Assembly: GCF_009914755.1 (NCBI RefSeq)
Contig: NC_060934.1
Length of the DNA: 64,000 nt
Direction: 5' to 3' (one strand)
DNA from: the human T2T-CHM13v2.0 reference genome, Homo sapiens
The stretch's first letter is position 1. The number at the start of each line of letters is the position of its first letter. A model generated the notes under the pieces. It was given only the letters and a program-made list of their open reading frames with translations, made no database searches and was not told where the DNA came from. The translations under genes were made by a program, and so were the position numbers. This document shows, in pieces, positions 18,733-44,679 of the stretch.

Positions 18733-19322
18733 TGAGTACATCGGACTACAAGCGGGTGTCACCATACCCATCTAATTATTTTTGTATTTTTAGTAGAGAC
18801 GGGGTTTCACCATGTTGGCCAGGCTGGTCTCAAACTCCTGACCTCAAATGATCCACCAGCCTCGGCCTCCCAAACTGCTGGGATTACAGGTGTGAGCCAC
18901 CATGCCCGGCCTGTGTATATTATTTCATTTAATCCTCACTACAATACTAAAGCTAATTGTTATTAAATCCATTTTACAAGTGAGCAAACATAAAGACATG
19001 CTCAACTGCACATAACAGTTCTGGGATTCAAACTGAGATCTCCTGGTGCCAAGGCCTGAGCATGTTCACTAAGTCACGTTGTGTCACTGAAGCAGATGCG
19101 GGAAGAGCAGGGGAGAAAAAGGGAAGTGGAGCGAAAGTGTAAAGAGAAGGGAGAGAGAGGAGGAAAAAGTGAGGGGACACATGAGATTAATAGGGAAGCA
19201 GGTGAGGAAGGAGAACAAGGAAGGAAAAAGAAGCCTGTGTCTCTGAGATGGCGTCACAAAGTGGGATAACTGGTTCTGTTTGAGAAGCAGACGGTCTGGG
19301 TTTGGTTATTAGGATAACTCTA

Positions 19323-19556
<234 letters not shown>

Positions 19557-19590
19557 TCACGAGGTCAGGAGATCGAGACCATCCTGGCTA

Positions 19591-20084
<494 letters not shown>

Positions 20085-20699
20085 TCAGTGATGAAAATAT
20101 TTTATAATCAAATGTAAGTGTTCCACAACTTTGTGAATATACTAAAAACCACTAAATTGCATAATTGGAGTGGATTAATTGTACATATGTGAATTATATA
20201 TCAATAAAGTTGTTATTTTAAAAACCAAGAGGATATTGATTGTTCCCAACACAAAGAAATGATAAATGTTTCAGATGATGGATATGCTAATTACCTAATT
20301 TGCTCACTATACATTATATGTGTTGTAACATCACTGTGTACCCCATACATATTACAATCATTATGTGTCAATATAAAGTACTTATTTATTTATTTATTTA
20401 TTATTTTTTGAGACAGAGTCTCACCATGTTGCCCAGGCTGGAGTGCCATAGCTGGCTAATTTTTTTTGTATTTTTAGTAGAGACAAGGTTTTGCCATGTT
20501 GGCCAGGCTGGTCTTGAACCCCTGGCCTCAAGTGATCCACCTGCCCTGGCCTCCCAAAGTGCTGGGACTGCATGCCTGCAATTTATGTATGCCCAGACTA
20601 GTCTGGGCAACATAGTGAGACCCTATCTCTACAAAAAATTTAAAAATTAGCTGGGCATGGTGGCATGTGCACCCAGTCAAAAAAAAATTTTTTTAATCA

Positions 20700-25018
<4,319 letters not shown>

Positions 25019-25199
25019 CTAAAAAAAATAATAATAATTGAAGACAATAGAATCAAACCTTTCAGCTTTGCCAAGTCTCATGATTTTTCATTTGTCTCAG
25101 ATCAGTTTTTTAAAACAAAACATGCAAAATTTATTGCAATCTATCCCACTCACTCCCAACAGCCAGAGATAATTACTATCCTAAATTTGGTGTTGACCA

Positions 25200-25766
25200 T
25201 TCCCTTATGTTTTTATACTTTTACTATATATATAATACATGTATTTTACTATATATAATATATATTTTACTATATATAATATATATTATACTATATATTA
25301 TATTTGTAATTATACTTTATAATATATTATATATTATACTATAAAATATATTACATTTGTGGGCCGGGTGCGGTGGCTCACGCCTGTAATCCCAGCACTT
25401 TGGGAGGCCAAGGCAGGTGGATCACGAAGTCAGGAGTTTAAGACCAGCCTAGCCAACATGGTGAAACCCTGTCTCTACTAAAAATACAAAAATGAGCTGG
25501 GCGTGGTGGCAGGTGCCTGCAGTCCCAGCTACTTGAGAGGGTGAGGCAGAGAATTGCTTGGACCCGGGAGGCAGAGGTTGCAGTGAGCCGGGATCGCGCC
25601 ACTGTACTCCAGCCTGGAGGACAGAGTGAGACTCCATCTCAAGAAAAAAAAATATATATAAAATATTTGTAATTATACTATATAAAATATTATATAGTAT
25701 ATATATTTTAAGTATAGTAAAAGTTTTTTATACTTTACACATAGTAAAAGTATAAAAACATAAGGG
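25200..25766. repeat. AT-rich low-complexity tract bounded by a perfect 26-bp inverted repeat, with an Alu inside
   Basis: CCCTTATGTTTTTATACTTTTACTAT (25202-25227) is the exact reverse complement of ATAGTAAAAGTATAAAAACATAAGGG (25741-25766). Confidence 0.85.
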
Positions 25767-25807
25767 GGCCGGGCACAGTGGCTCATGCCTGTAATCCTAG
25801 CACTTTA

Positions 25808-26108
<301 letters not shown>

Positions 26109-27910
26109 TTAAAACTTTATGTAGATGATATCATACCATAAACATCCTTCTGCAACATGATTTTCTTGGGTAACATTATGATTTTGAGATTCAGCCATGT
26201 TTGTTCACTCTGAGCATCTGGAATGCATCAATAAACAAAGCTGACAAAGATCCCTGCCTTCACAAAAGGAGATCAGGCTAGAAAAAAAGGAAAACAGGAC
26301 CGGGTAGGTGAGCTAGTGACCATCAAGAGAAGGAGCCTTTGCAACTATAAACAAAGTGTGTGTCAGGTAATGTCAGAAAAATAATTGGGTAGGTGAGGGT
26401 GGATTGGGGGATGTTGGCCACAGAGAGGGTTGTAGGCCATTGAGGCCATTGTGAGGATTTTGCTTTCACTGAAATGAAATGAAGAGTTTTGAGCAGAGTA
26501 GAGATATGACCTGACTTACATTTTTGAAATGCTGATACATATAGCTCTGGTTCATTAATTTTAACTTTTGCATAGTGGTCTATTGTAGGATCATACATTA
26601 AAGTATTGATTCATTCTCCTATTAGTGGTCAATTAAGTTATTTTCATATTCATTATATATAATGCTGCAGTGGACACTTTTGTATTTGTCCTTTAGGGCA
26701 CTTGCGGGAGAATTTTCCTAAGAAGGAAATCTTTGGATCGGAGGGCATTTGCCTTTTTAATATTATTTGTAATAACTATTATTACTAATTATTAGTAATA
26801 TTATCAGTAATAACTAATAATTGCCAAACTGCTCTAGAAAGAGGATGTCCCACTTTACACTGGCACCAGCATTTATAGAAGTTTCATTTGCCGCCCAGTC
26901 TCACCAGCCCTTTTTTTTTTTTTGAGACAAGGTCTCGCTCTGTCGCCCAGGCTGGAGTGCACTGGCGTGATCTCGGCTCACTGCAACCTCCTACCTCCCA
27001 GGTTCAAGCAATTCTCCTGTCTCAGCCTCCCAAGTAGCTGGAATTACAGGCTCACACCATCATGCCCGGCTAATTTTTGTATTTTTAGTAGAGACGGGGT
27101 TTCGCCACGTTGGCCAGGCTGGTATCGAACTCATGACCTCAAGTGATTCGAATCCCAGCACTTTGGGAGGCCAAGGTGGGCAGATCACTTGAGGTCAGGA
27201 GTTTGAGACCAGCCTAACCAACATGGTGAAACCCCATCTCTACTAAAAATACAAAAAAAAAATTAGCCGGGTGTTGTGGCAGGCACCTGTAATCCCAACT
27301 GCTCGGTAGGCTGAGGCAGGAGAATCGCTTGAGCCAGGAGGTGGAGGTTGCAGTGAGTGGAGATCGCGCCGCTGCACTTCAGCTTAGGCGATAAAGAGAG
27401 GCTCCTTCTCAATAAGAAACAAACAAAAATAAAAACAAAGTGCTGGGATTACAGGCTTGAGCCACCACCACATGTCTGCCCCTCACCCGCCCTTGAAATA
27501 GCTCTTTGTGGTTTTAATTTGCATTTCCCCATCCCTGGTGAAGTTCAGCACCTTTTTCATGTTTATTTGTGGTTTGGTCTTTTCTTCTCTGATTGCCTCT
27601 TGATGTTCTTTATCCTTATTCTATGGAGCTATTTCTCCACCACCCCCCTTTTTTTTGAGACAGAGTCCCCTTCTGTCTCGCAGGCTAGAGTGCAGTAGTG
27701 TGATCTCTGATCACTGCAACCTCCGCCTCCCAGGTTCAAGCAGTTCTAATGTCTCATCCTCCTTAGTTGGGATTACAAGCCTGCGCTACCACGCCTGACT
27801 AAGCCTGGATAATTTTTTGTATTTTTAGTAGAGACAGGGTTTTGCCATGTTGTCCAAGCTGGTCTTGAACTATTTCTCACTTAAAAAAAATTTTTTTTTT
27901 TTTGTTTTGA

Positions 27911-28162
<252 letters not shown>

Positions 28163-28309
28163 TGAGCCACCTCACCCAGCCTAAAAGTTGATTTTTAGAT
28201 ATTCTGTATATATTCTAGATACTGATATTTTGTTAATTATACACAATCCATTGCTGATTATATGTAACACAAACATCTTCTCCCCTTCTCTGTCTTGTCT
28301 TTTTTCTTT

Positions 28310-28342
<33 letters not shown>

Positions 28343-28447
28343 AGATGGAGTCTCGCCCTGTCGCCCAGGCTTGAGTGCAATGGCACCATCTCGGCTTACT
28401 GCAACCTGTGCCTCCCGGGTTCAAGCAATTCTGTCTCAGCCTCCTGA

Positions 28448-28690
<243 letters not shown>

Positions 28691-29565
28691 TGAATCTTTT
28701 TCTTTCAAGGCTTGTGATTTTTGTGTTTTGTTTAAGAAATGTTCCTCTACACCAAGGTCATAACATTTTCTCATATTCATTCCTCCTTTAAATTTGTTAA
28801 TACGATCAATCTGGATTATGTCGAGAGGGAAGGGGAAGTCTGATCTGTCCCTTTAGAGGTGACTTTGCATATCTCACCAGGATTCTTTGGTGTTGACTTC
28901 ATGGCTTAACTCTGTAGATAGTCCTGTTCTCCTTATTTACAGGTTGCAAGGAAAGCTTTATTGAAATGTCCAAATCTTAGGCAGATTTTTATTTAATGGA
29001 CCTGTGGCAGGGCCCAAGAACCTGCATTTTTATTTGCAACCCAGGTGATTTTGATGAAAGAGGTTTCCTTTTAAATTATTGATAGTGCTGAAGCCATCTT
29101 CTCAGGTGTCCAGCAACTTGGAAATGAACCTACTCTTTGTTGGCTGGTGATTGAGCCTTGCTCTGCCTTGGTTCCTCTTTGGTAAAAGTGGATGGCCAAA
29201 GTCCCTCCTGGGAGATGGGGAGTCCCATGATGAGTGGGATGACTCTCACATATAAAAGTTTAGCCCGCCTTGCATTTGTCAGACACTCAGTAAACAGTGG
29301 ACCTTCCTTAACTCCTGAGGTCCCAAGCTCAGGGTTGAGCCTGCCCTGCCTCCCTTCTAGACCATCTCCCACCATGCACCCAACTTGGGCAAGTCCCATA
29401 ACCCCTCACAGCCTCAATGCCATCATCTGTAAATTCATTAATTTGCTGGCTGGGCACAGTGGCTCACATCTATAAACCTAGCACTTTGGGAGTCTGAGGC
29501 TGGAGGATTGCTTGAGCCCAAGGGTTTGAGACCAGCCTGGGCAACATAGTGAGACGCTATCTCTA

Positions 29566-29829
<264 letters not shown>

Positions 29830-30399
29830 TCACTACAAGAGACTGTGGAAGCTGAGCAGTTGTGTTTTTAATCCTGGAGAATCTGAAAGATTCCTGGAGC
29901 ATCTCCCATGTTGCTTCCCAATGCCTAGAACAATATCGGACATTCTGTAAAGATTTGGTAAATTCATGTTCTTTCCATTGCAGGACACAATTCTCACATT
30001 CCATCAGTGTCTCCAAAGAACCTACAAAACTGGAAAAATATATTCGATCATTTTATTTAACAGGTGTTTATATAGGGCTTGCAGTACATCAGGCCCTGCT
30101 GTAAGTGCTTTATAATAATTAACTCATTTAATCTTCATAACAACTCTATGAGGGAGATACTATTATTATTATCATTTTGCAGATGAGGAACTGAGATGAG
30201 GAGCAGCCCTGGACTGAGTGAATTGAACCCTCTGGGTGTGTTACATTCAGGATGGTGGAACAAGACCCCTGGGAAGAAGGTAATTCAAACCCTGGTTCTT
30301 CTGGATGCTTTCTGTTTCAGATGAGGGAAGCCTTTGGAATTGAAAATCAATTCAAACTGAGCAATATTAGTTGTAATTTTTGTATTTTAAAACCATCCT

Positions 30400-31735
<1,336 letters not shown>

Positions 31736-32111
31736 GCCAGGCATGGTGGCATAAACCTGTCATCCTGGCACTTTGGGAGGCCAAATTGGGAGTATGCCAG
31801 TTAGAATGGCTATTATTATTTTTATTTTTTTTTGAGGCACAGTCTTGTTCTGTCACCCAGTCTGGAGATCAGTGGTGCAATCTTGGCTCACTGCAACCCC
31901 CGCCTCCCATGTTCAAGCAATTCTCCTGCCTCAGTCCCTCGAGTATGGGACTACAGGCGTGCGCCACCATGCCCAGCTAATTTTTGTAATTTCAGTAGAG
32001 ACAGGGTTTCACCATGTTGGCTAGGCTGGTCTTGAGTTCCTGACCTCAGCTGATCTGCCCGCCTTGGCCTCCCAAAGTGCTGGGATTACAGGCGTGACCC
32101 ACCATACCTGG

Positions 32112-33576
<1,465 letters not shown>

Positions 33577-34191
33577 TATTATTATTATTATTTTAGAGAC
33601 AAGGTCTTGCTCTGTCACCCTGGCTGGAGTGCAGTGGCATGATCTTGGCTCACTGAAGCCTCAAACTTCTGAACTCAAGTGATCCTCCCACCTCAGCTTC
33701 CTGAGTAGCTGGGATTACCAGCATGCACCACCATGCCTGACTAATTAAAAAAAAATTTTTTTTTGTAAAGAAGCGGTCTCACCATGTTACCCAGGCTGGT
33801 TTCAAATGATCCTGGTCTCAAGTGATCCTCCTCCCTTTGCCTCCCAAAGTGCTGAGATTACAGATGTGAGCCACCATGTCAAACAATTTTTTTTTTTTTT
33901 GAGACAGGGTGGAGTGCAGTTGTGTGATCATAGCTCATTGCAGCCTCCAACTCCTGGGCTCAAGCAATCCTCCTGCCTCCACCTCCTAAGTAGCTGAAAC
34001 TACAGGTGCATGCCATCACACTTGACTAATTTTTACATTGTTTGTAACAACGAGGTCTTGCCATGTTGCGCAGGCTTGTCTCAAATTCCTGGCCTCAAGT
34101 GATCCAACTGCCTTGGCCTTCTTAAGTGTTGGGATTACAGGTGTGAGCCACCATGTCCAGCCCCTTTTGCTGCTTTTTTTTTTTTTCTTGA

Positions 34192-34335
<144 letters not shown>

Positions 34336-34910
34336 TAATTTTGTATTTTTAGTAGAGATGAAGTTTCTCCATGTTGGTCAGGCTGGTCTCGAACTCCCGA
34401 CCTCAGGTGATCCGCCCGCCTCAGCATCCTAAAGTGCTGAGATTACAGGTGTGAGCCACTGGACCTGGCCTCCTTTTTCTGATTTTTAAGTAATGTTTCT
34501 TTTTTTTTTTTTTTTTAAACGGAGTCTCACTCTGTCACTCAGGCTGGAGTGCAGTGGCGTGATCTCGGCTCACTGCAACCTCCGCCTCCGGGTTCAAGCA
34601 ATTCTCCTGCCTCAGCCTCTCCAGTAGCTGGGTTTACAGGCATGCACCACCATGCCCAGCTAATTTTTGTAGTTTTAGTAGAGACAGGGTTTCACCATCT
34701 TGGCCAGGCTGGTCTTGAACTCCTCACCTCAGGTGATCTGCCCACCTCAGCCTCCCAAGGTGCTGGGATTACAGGTGTGAGCCACCACACCCAGCCAGAT
34801 TTTGAAATAATGTTTCCGATAAAACTTTCAAACATCGCAAATGTTTTGAACAAAGAACGTGAGTGCTTCCCATAACCTCATATTCTCTTTTTTTTTTTTT
34901 TTTTTTTTGA

Positions 34911-35269
<359 letters not shown>

Positions 35270-36442
35270 TAAGCCACCATGCCCAGCTTGTGCATATATT
35301 AACCCATAAAGTAATTAATATTTTCACAATATTAATAACCATGTCTAATCTATTTTGACAGCACAGAGCCAGCCTTTTCCTTCATTTCTGGGAGAAGTCC
35401 TTCCCCAGGAAAGCCAAGCTTCCACTTTCCACCTTCAAATCAAATGCACCAGTGCTCAAATGGGGTTCCAGGCAAAGATGGTGGGCTTGAGGCTCACTGG
35501 AAGATGGAGAAATATTATTAGAAGCAATTTTGCCAGCCTGCACAACATAGGGAGACTACGTTTCTACTAAATAAGTAAATAAATATATAGGCTGGGTGTG
35601 GTGGTTCATGCCGTAATCCTAGCACTTTTAGAGGCAGATGCAGGAGAATCGCTTGAGGCCAGGAGTTCAAGATGAGCCTGGGCAACAGGGCCAGGTCCTG
35701 TCTCAATTTAAAAATATATAAATATATATATATTTTTTTTTAAAAAAGAAAACATTGAAAAAAAGAATAAAAATTAGCTGGGTGTAGTGGCACATGCCTG
35801 TGGTCTCACATACTTGGGAGGCTGAGGTGGGAGGATCACTTGAGGCAGGGATGTTGAGGCTGCTGTGAGCTATGATCATGCCATTGCACTCTAGCACTCC
35901 AGCCTGAGTGACAAAGCGAAACCCTGCCTCAAAAAAAAAAAATTTTTTTTTTTTGTAAAAATGTAATACCTGGGCCGGGCGCAGTGGTTCACACCTGTAA
36001 TCCCAGCATTTTGGGAGGCCAAGGTGGGCAGATCACTTAAGGTCAGGAGTTTGAGACCAGCCTGGCCAACATAGTGAAATCCCGTCTCTACTAAAAATAC
36101 AAAAATTAGCCAGGCGTGGTGGCGGGCGCCTGTAATCCCAGGTACTTGGGAGGCTGAGGTAGGAGAATCACTTGAACCCGGGTGGCAGAAGTTGCAATAA
36201 GCAGAGGTTGCAGTGAGCCGAGATCACGCCACTGTGCTCTCCAGCCCGGCTGACAGAGCAAGACTCTGCCTCAAAAAAATAAATAAATAATGGCCAGGCC
36301 TCCCAGGGAGGCAGAGGTGGGTGGATCACCTGAGGTCTGGAGTTCGAGACCAGCCTGACCAACATGGAGAAACCCCTTCTCTACTAAAAATACAAAATTT
36401 AGCCAGGTGTGGTGGCACATGCCTGTAATCCCAGTTTACTCA

Positions 36443-36547
<105 letters not shown>

Positions 36548-37147
36548 TCAAAAAATGAATGAATAAATAAATAAATAAATAAATAAATAATGTGGCCTGG
36601 CGCGGTGGCTCACGCCTGTAATCCCAGCACTTTGGGAAGCTGAGGCGGGTGGATCACGAGGTCAGGAGTTCGAGACCAGCCTGACCAACATGGTGAAACC
36701 CCGTCTCTACTAAAAATACAAAAATTAGCCAGGCGTGGTGGCACGCCTGTAATCCCAGCTACTCAGGAGGCTGAGGCAGGAGAATCGCTTGAACCCAGAA
36801 GGAGGAGGTTGCAGTGAGTCAAGATTGCACCACTGCTCTCCATCCTGGGCGACAGGGCGAGACTCCGTCTCAAAAAAAAAAAAAAAAGTAATACCTGAAT
36901 TCCTATACTTCTCAGTATGTACAGTGATTAATATTAACCTAAACTATTCCCTGAATAAGACCTCAATTCAGAAAATTCAGGGTGTTTGGATGCTGTATTC
37001 ATTCATTCAGTCAATCAATTCAGAAATCAATGTTTCCCCAATGCTTCTTAAGCCATGCCAGATTTGTTGCTAGACATAGAATCCCACAGAAAACAAAAAG
37101 AGACTTGGTTTGGGGGGAAAACAACTTATTTAATTTCTTATTCTTAG

Positions 37148-37252
<105 letters not shown>

Positions 37253-37382
37253 TGAGTAGCTGGGACTACAGGTGTGCAACACCACGCCCGCCTAGTTTTG
37301 GTATTTTTTTTGTAGATACAGGGTTTCACCTTCAAAAAATTTGCTGGGCATAGTGGCGCATGTCTGTAGTCCCAGCTACTCA

Positions 37383-37532
<150 letters not shown>

Positions 37533-38134
37533 TCACGCCTGTAATCTCAGTACTTTGGGAGGCCGAGGCAGGCAGATCACATGAGGTCAGGAGTTAGAGA
37601 CCAGCCTGGCTAACATGGTGAAACCCTGTCTCTACTAAAACGCAAAATTAGCTAGGCAGGGTGGCGTGCACATGTAATCCCAGCTACTCAGGAGGCTAAA
37701 GCACGAGAATTGCTTGAACCTGGGAAGCAGAGTACTGTAGTGAGCCAAAATTGCACCACTGCACTCCAGCCTGGGCAACAGGGTGAGACTCCATCTCCAG
37801 AAAAAAAACAAAAGCATGACCAGGTATTGTGTGGCTCATGCTTGTAATCCTAGCACTTTGGGAAGATGAGACAGGTGGATCACTTGAGGCTAGGAGTTTG
37901 AGACCACCCTGGCCAACATGGCAAAACCCCATCTCTACTAAAAATACAAAAATTAGCCAGGCATTGTGGTGTATGCCTGTAATCCCAGCTACTTGGGAGG
38001 CTGAGGCACGAGAATCACTTGAATCCAGGAGTCAGAGAGTGCAGTGAGCAGAGACCACGCCACTACACTCCAGCCTGGGTGCTGGGTGATAGAGGAAGAC
38101 TCTGTCTCAAAAAAAAAAAAAAAAAAAAAAGCGT

Positions 38135-39225
<1,091 letters not shown>

Positions 39226-41189
39226 AAGCCTGTTAAGATATGTAAAGGAAGGGTAGGGGTGATTGCTGAAAGGGGCTCCATCGAGGACTAACCCTGCCAA
39301 TAGAATGGTACTGTATGCCAGAGCACAGCCACACTGATGTCCCTCCAGTGCCACACTGATGTCCCTCACTCCTGGAAAGGGCCTCTGTAGAAGATGATAC
39401 TGGGCCAGGTGTGGTGGCTCCCGCCTATAATCCCAGCACTTTGGGAGGCTGAGGCAGGTGGATCACCTGAGGTCGGGAGTTCAAGACCAGCCTGACCAAC
39501 TTGGAGAAACCTTGTTTCTACTAAAAATACAAAATTAGCCAGGCGTGGTGGCGCACGCCTGTAGTCCCAGCTACTTGGGAGGCTGAGACAGAATCGCTTG
39601 AACCCGGGAGGTGGAGGTTGCAGTGAACCGAGATTGCCATTGCACTCCAGCCTGGGCAACAGGAGTGAAATTCCGTCTCAAAAAAAAAAAAAAAAAAAAA
39701 AAAAAGATGATACCAATGGCTGGGCTCCAAAACGAAATCAGTGTGGGGGACAAGGGTTCACCTTGTACTTTGTCCCAAATTTGCCCCTAAACATCAAGCA
39801 ACATATGAGAACATATGAGACCGTGTCAGCAATGCCTGGTCTGACCCTCCTCTGTTAGAAGCTGGAAGTTATTCTGTACCTTCTTGCTTTACCTTTTCTT
39901 TTCTTTTTTTTTTTTTTGGTTTGTTTGTTTCTTGCTGTTGAGGCCAGGAATACTCTAACGTTTCCACAGATGAGTTAACATTTGCATAACAATCTGGGTG
40001 ACCCTGTTCTTTCCTGTTGGAAAGGGACTTTTCTTGACTCCTGAGAGGATAAGTTGAGGGTCTTTTGAAGCTGCCCAGGCCCTATGGGTGGGGACGTGCC
40101 TGTCAGCCCACCAGTGGAGAGCTGGAGCCCAGTGAGTCTCAGGGGTTGGAGGTGTGGCGGGCCAGGAGAGTGTGTTGAATATGGGGGCTAGGAAGTAGGG
40201 TTGGGCCCAGCCAAGGTTGGGGGTAAAATTGTCCACACTCACTCATGTCCCCTTGAAACCTATTATATAAGGCTAGGGTAATACTTTGAAAATTCACTAC
40301 ATTTTGTCACCAGTTGAACACGACTGTTTCGTGGCAGAACTTGATAGAATACAAGAATGTTTTCTCCTTGTGTACTATGCAGATTTGCCTAGGAGACCAG
40401 AAGTTCTTGGCACTCACTTACAAAATGGAAGTGCAGTCACGAAGTATCTGTTGGGTGTCTGCTGGAGTTCAAATGGTAAACTAGGTTGTCAAGGTTCCTG
40501 CCCTCAAGGAGGTAGAGAGCAAGAAAGGTCAATGGATTACCACAATAGAGTCTAAGGACAGAACGAGAAATTACCTAGGCCCTAGACAATAGTATTTTGA
40601 GTTAAAATTTTTTTCTTGGCCATGTCTGGTGGCTCATGCCCGTAATTCCAGCACTTTGGGAGGCTGAGGTGGGAGTATTGCTTGAGCCCAGGAGTTCCAG
40701 ACCAGCCTGGGCAACATAGCAAGACTTCATCTCCACTTAAATAAATAAAAAAATAAAATAAAAAAGAAAAAATATGTATTTTTTTCTTGATTAAAAAAAC
40801 CTTGGAGGCCGGGCATGGTGGCTCATGCCTGTAATCCCAGCACTTTGGGAGGCCGAGGTGGGCAGATCACCTCAGGTCAGGAGTTCAAGACCAGCCTGGC
40901 CAACATGGTGAAACCCCGTCTCTACTAAAAAATACAAAAATTAGCTGGGCATGATGGCGCATGCCTGTAATCCCTCGGAAGTCTGAGGCAGGAGAATTGC
41001 TTGAACCAGGAGGCAGAGGTTGCAGTGAGCCGAGATTGCGCCCCTGTGCTCCAGCCTGGGTGAAACAGTAAGACTCTGTCTCAGAAAAAAAAAACAAAAA
41101 ACCTTAGCAAAAATTGACCAAAAAGTCAAAAGACAAGTGCTCAAGTGGGAAAAAAAAATTGCATATGTGCTAGCTGAAGGGCTAAGTCA

Positions 41190-41486
<297 letters not shown>

Positions 41487-42218
41487 TCAAAAAAAAAAAA
41501 AAAGAAAGAAAAATGCAAATTGAAATTTCAACAGGATACTACTTTCACATTGGCCAAGAGCAAAATGTTGATAATGTTTGCGGAAGGCTGGGGAAACAGG
41601 CTCTGCCCTATATCTGAGGGAAGTGTGCATTGGGCCAGCCTCCATGCAGGGCAAGTTGGCTACAGCTGTCAAGATCTAAAATGCACATCTTATGACCCAA
41701 CAACTCCAATGCTAGGAACTTATCCTACAGACACAGTAAAAACTTGCAACATGTCACACTGTTAAGTGAAAAAAGCAAGCTACAAAGCAGTGTATATCAT
41801 ATGCTATCCATTGAATGTATATGTAAAATCCCATGGTTAAGCCATAATTTTCTTAACTTTCTCCTGTTGCTGGGTATGTTGTTTTCGTGTTTTTGTGATT
41901 ATATTGTAATGCTGTGATAGACATCTTTTGTGCATGAATTTCTGTCTACACCTAAAGCTGTTTACTTGGGACAGTCCAGATTACTGGGCCAAGGAGATAG
42001 CAAAATGAATTTACAATAGCAACCATTGCAGCAACCATCACCATCTGTTAAGTGGGCTGTTTTGTTTTGTTTTGTTTCTTCATCTTCTCAACAGTCCTGT
42101 GAGGTAGGGAGGAGCACCTCCGTTTTGTAGTTGAGGAAAGGGGTTTAAAGGAGGTGAAGTGACTTGTTCCAGGGCACACAGCTGGAGTGGTGAGAGCAGA
42201 CCTGGATCTGCTTGGCTC

Positions 42219-42902
<684 letters not shown>

Positions 42903-42962
42903 TCACCTCAGGTCGGAGTTCCAGACCAGCCTGACCAACATGGAGAAATCCCGTCTCTACTA

Positions 42963-43121
<159 letters not shown>

Positions 43122-44679
43122 TCAAAAAAAAAAAAATTATTTTTGGTTTACAGCTCCCAAACCCCTGCTTTAGAGGCCCTTCATCTATTCGGGGCTTTCT
43201 TTTTTTGAGAGAGAGAGGGTCTGGCTCTGTTGCACAGGTTGGAGTGCAGTGGCGATCATGGCTCACTGCAGCCTCTGTCTCCTGTGCTCAAGTGATCCTG
43301 CTACCTGGGCCTCCCAAAGTGCTGGGATTACTGGCATAAGCCACCGCACAGGGCCTACTTGGTGTATTTTTTAAGGGTCTTGGTGGCTGAGCATGGTGGC
43401 TCACGCCTGCAATCCCTGCACTTTGGGAGGCTGAGGTGGGTGGACCACCTGGGGTCAAGAGTTCGACAGCAGCCTGGCCAACATCATGAAACCCCGTCTC
43501 TACTAAAAATACAAAAAAATTGGGCGGGCACAGTGGCTCACGCCTGTAATCCCAGCACTTTGGGAGGCCGAGGTGGGTGGATCATGAGGTCAGGAGTTCA
43601 AGACCAGCCTGGCCAACATAGTGAAACCCTGTCTCTACTTAAAATACAAAAATTAGCCAAGCATGGTGGCATGACTCTGTAGTCCCAGCTACTTGGGAGG
43701 TTGAGGCAGCAGAATCGCATCGCTTGAACCTGGGAGGCAGAGGTTGTGGTGAGCCAAAATTGCACCACTGCACTCCAGCCTGGGCAACAGAGCGAGAGAC
43801 TCTGTCTCAAAAAAAAAAAAAAAGAAAGAAAAAAGAAAACACCGAAAAAATTAGCTGGGCGTAGTGGCACGCACCTGTAATCCCAGCTACTCAGGAGGCT
43901 GAGGCAGGAGAATCACTTGAACCCAGGAGGTGGAGGTTGCAGTGAGCCGAGATTGTGTGCGCCACTGCACTCCACCCTGGGTAACAAGAGCAAAACTCGG
44001 TCTCAAAAAAAAAAAAAAAAAAAAAAAAAAAAGCGGGGGGGCTCTTCATAAACAATGTCAAATTACTCTCCAGAAACCTAGTATCAGTTTATGCTCCTCA
44101 CACTCCCACTGAGATTGCCAAACTCTCCACACTCAGGTCAGTGTGGAGAATGGCAATATTTTCATTTTGCCAACTGGGAGGGAAAAAAATAGCCTCTCAT
44201 AGTTTTGATGATCATGTCTTTGGTAACTAATGAATCTGACCATTTTTCATATGTTTATTCGCTGTTTGTACTTTTATTAACTGTTCATGTTGGACTACGT
44301 ATTTTTAAAATATGCAAAACATTCTGAAAACTGTAACATGTCGATTCTTTTTCTTTTCTTTTCTTTTTTTTTGAGACAGTCTCGCTCTGTCGCCCAGGCT
44401 GGAGTGCAGTGGTGCGATCTTGCTCACTGCAGCCTCCGCCTCCCAGGTTCAAGCAGTTATCGTGTCTCAGCCTCCTGAGTAGCTGGGACTGCAGGTGTGC
44501 ACCACCACACCCAGCTAATTTTTGTATTTTTAGTAGAGACGGGGTTTCACCATGTTGGCCAGGCTGGTCTCGAACTCCTGAGCTCCAGCAATCCTCCTGC
44601 CTCGGCCTCCCAAAGTGCTGGGATTACAGGCATGGGCCACCGCGCCAGGTAAACTGTTGATTCTTAATAAATCCCAGTA

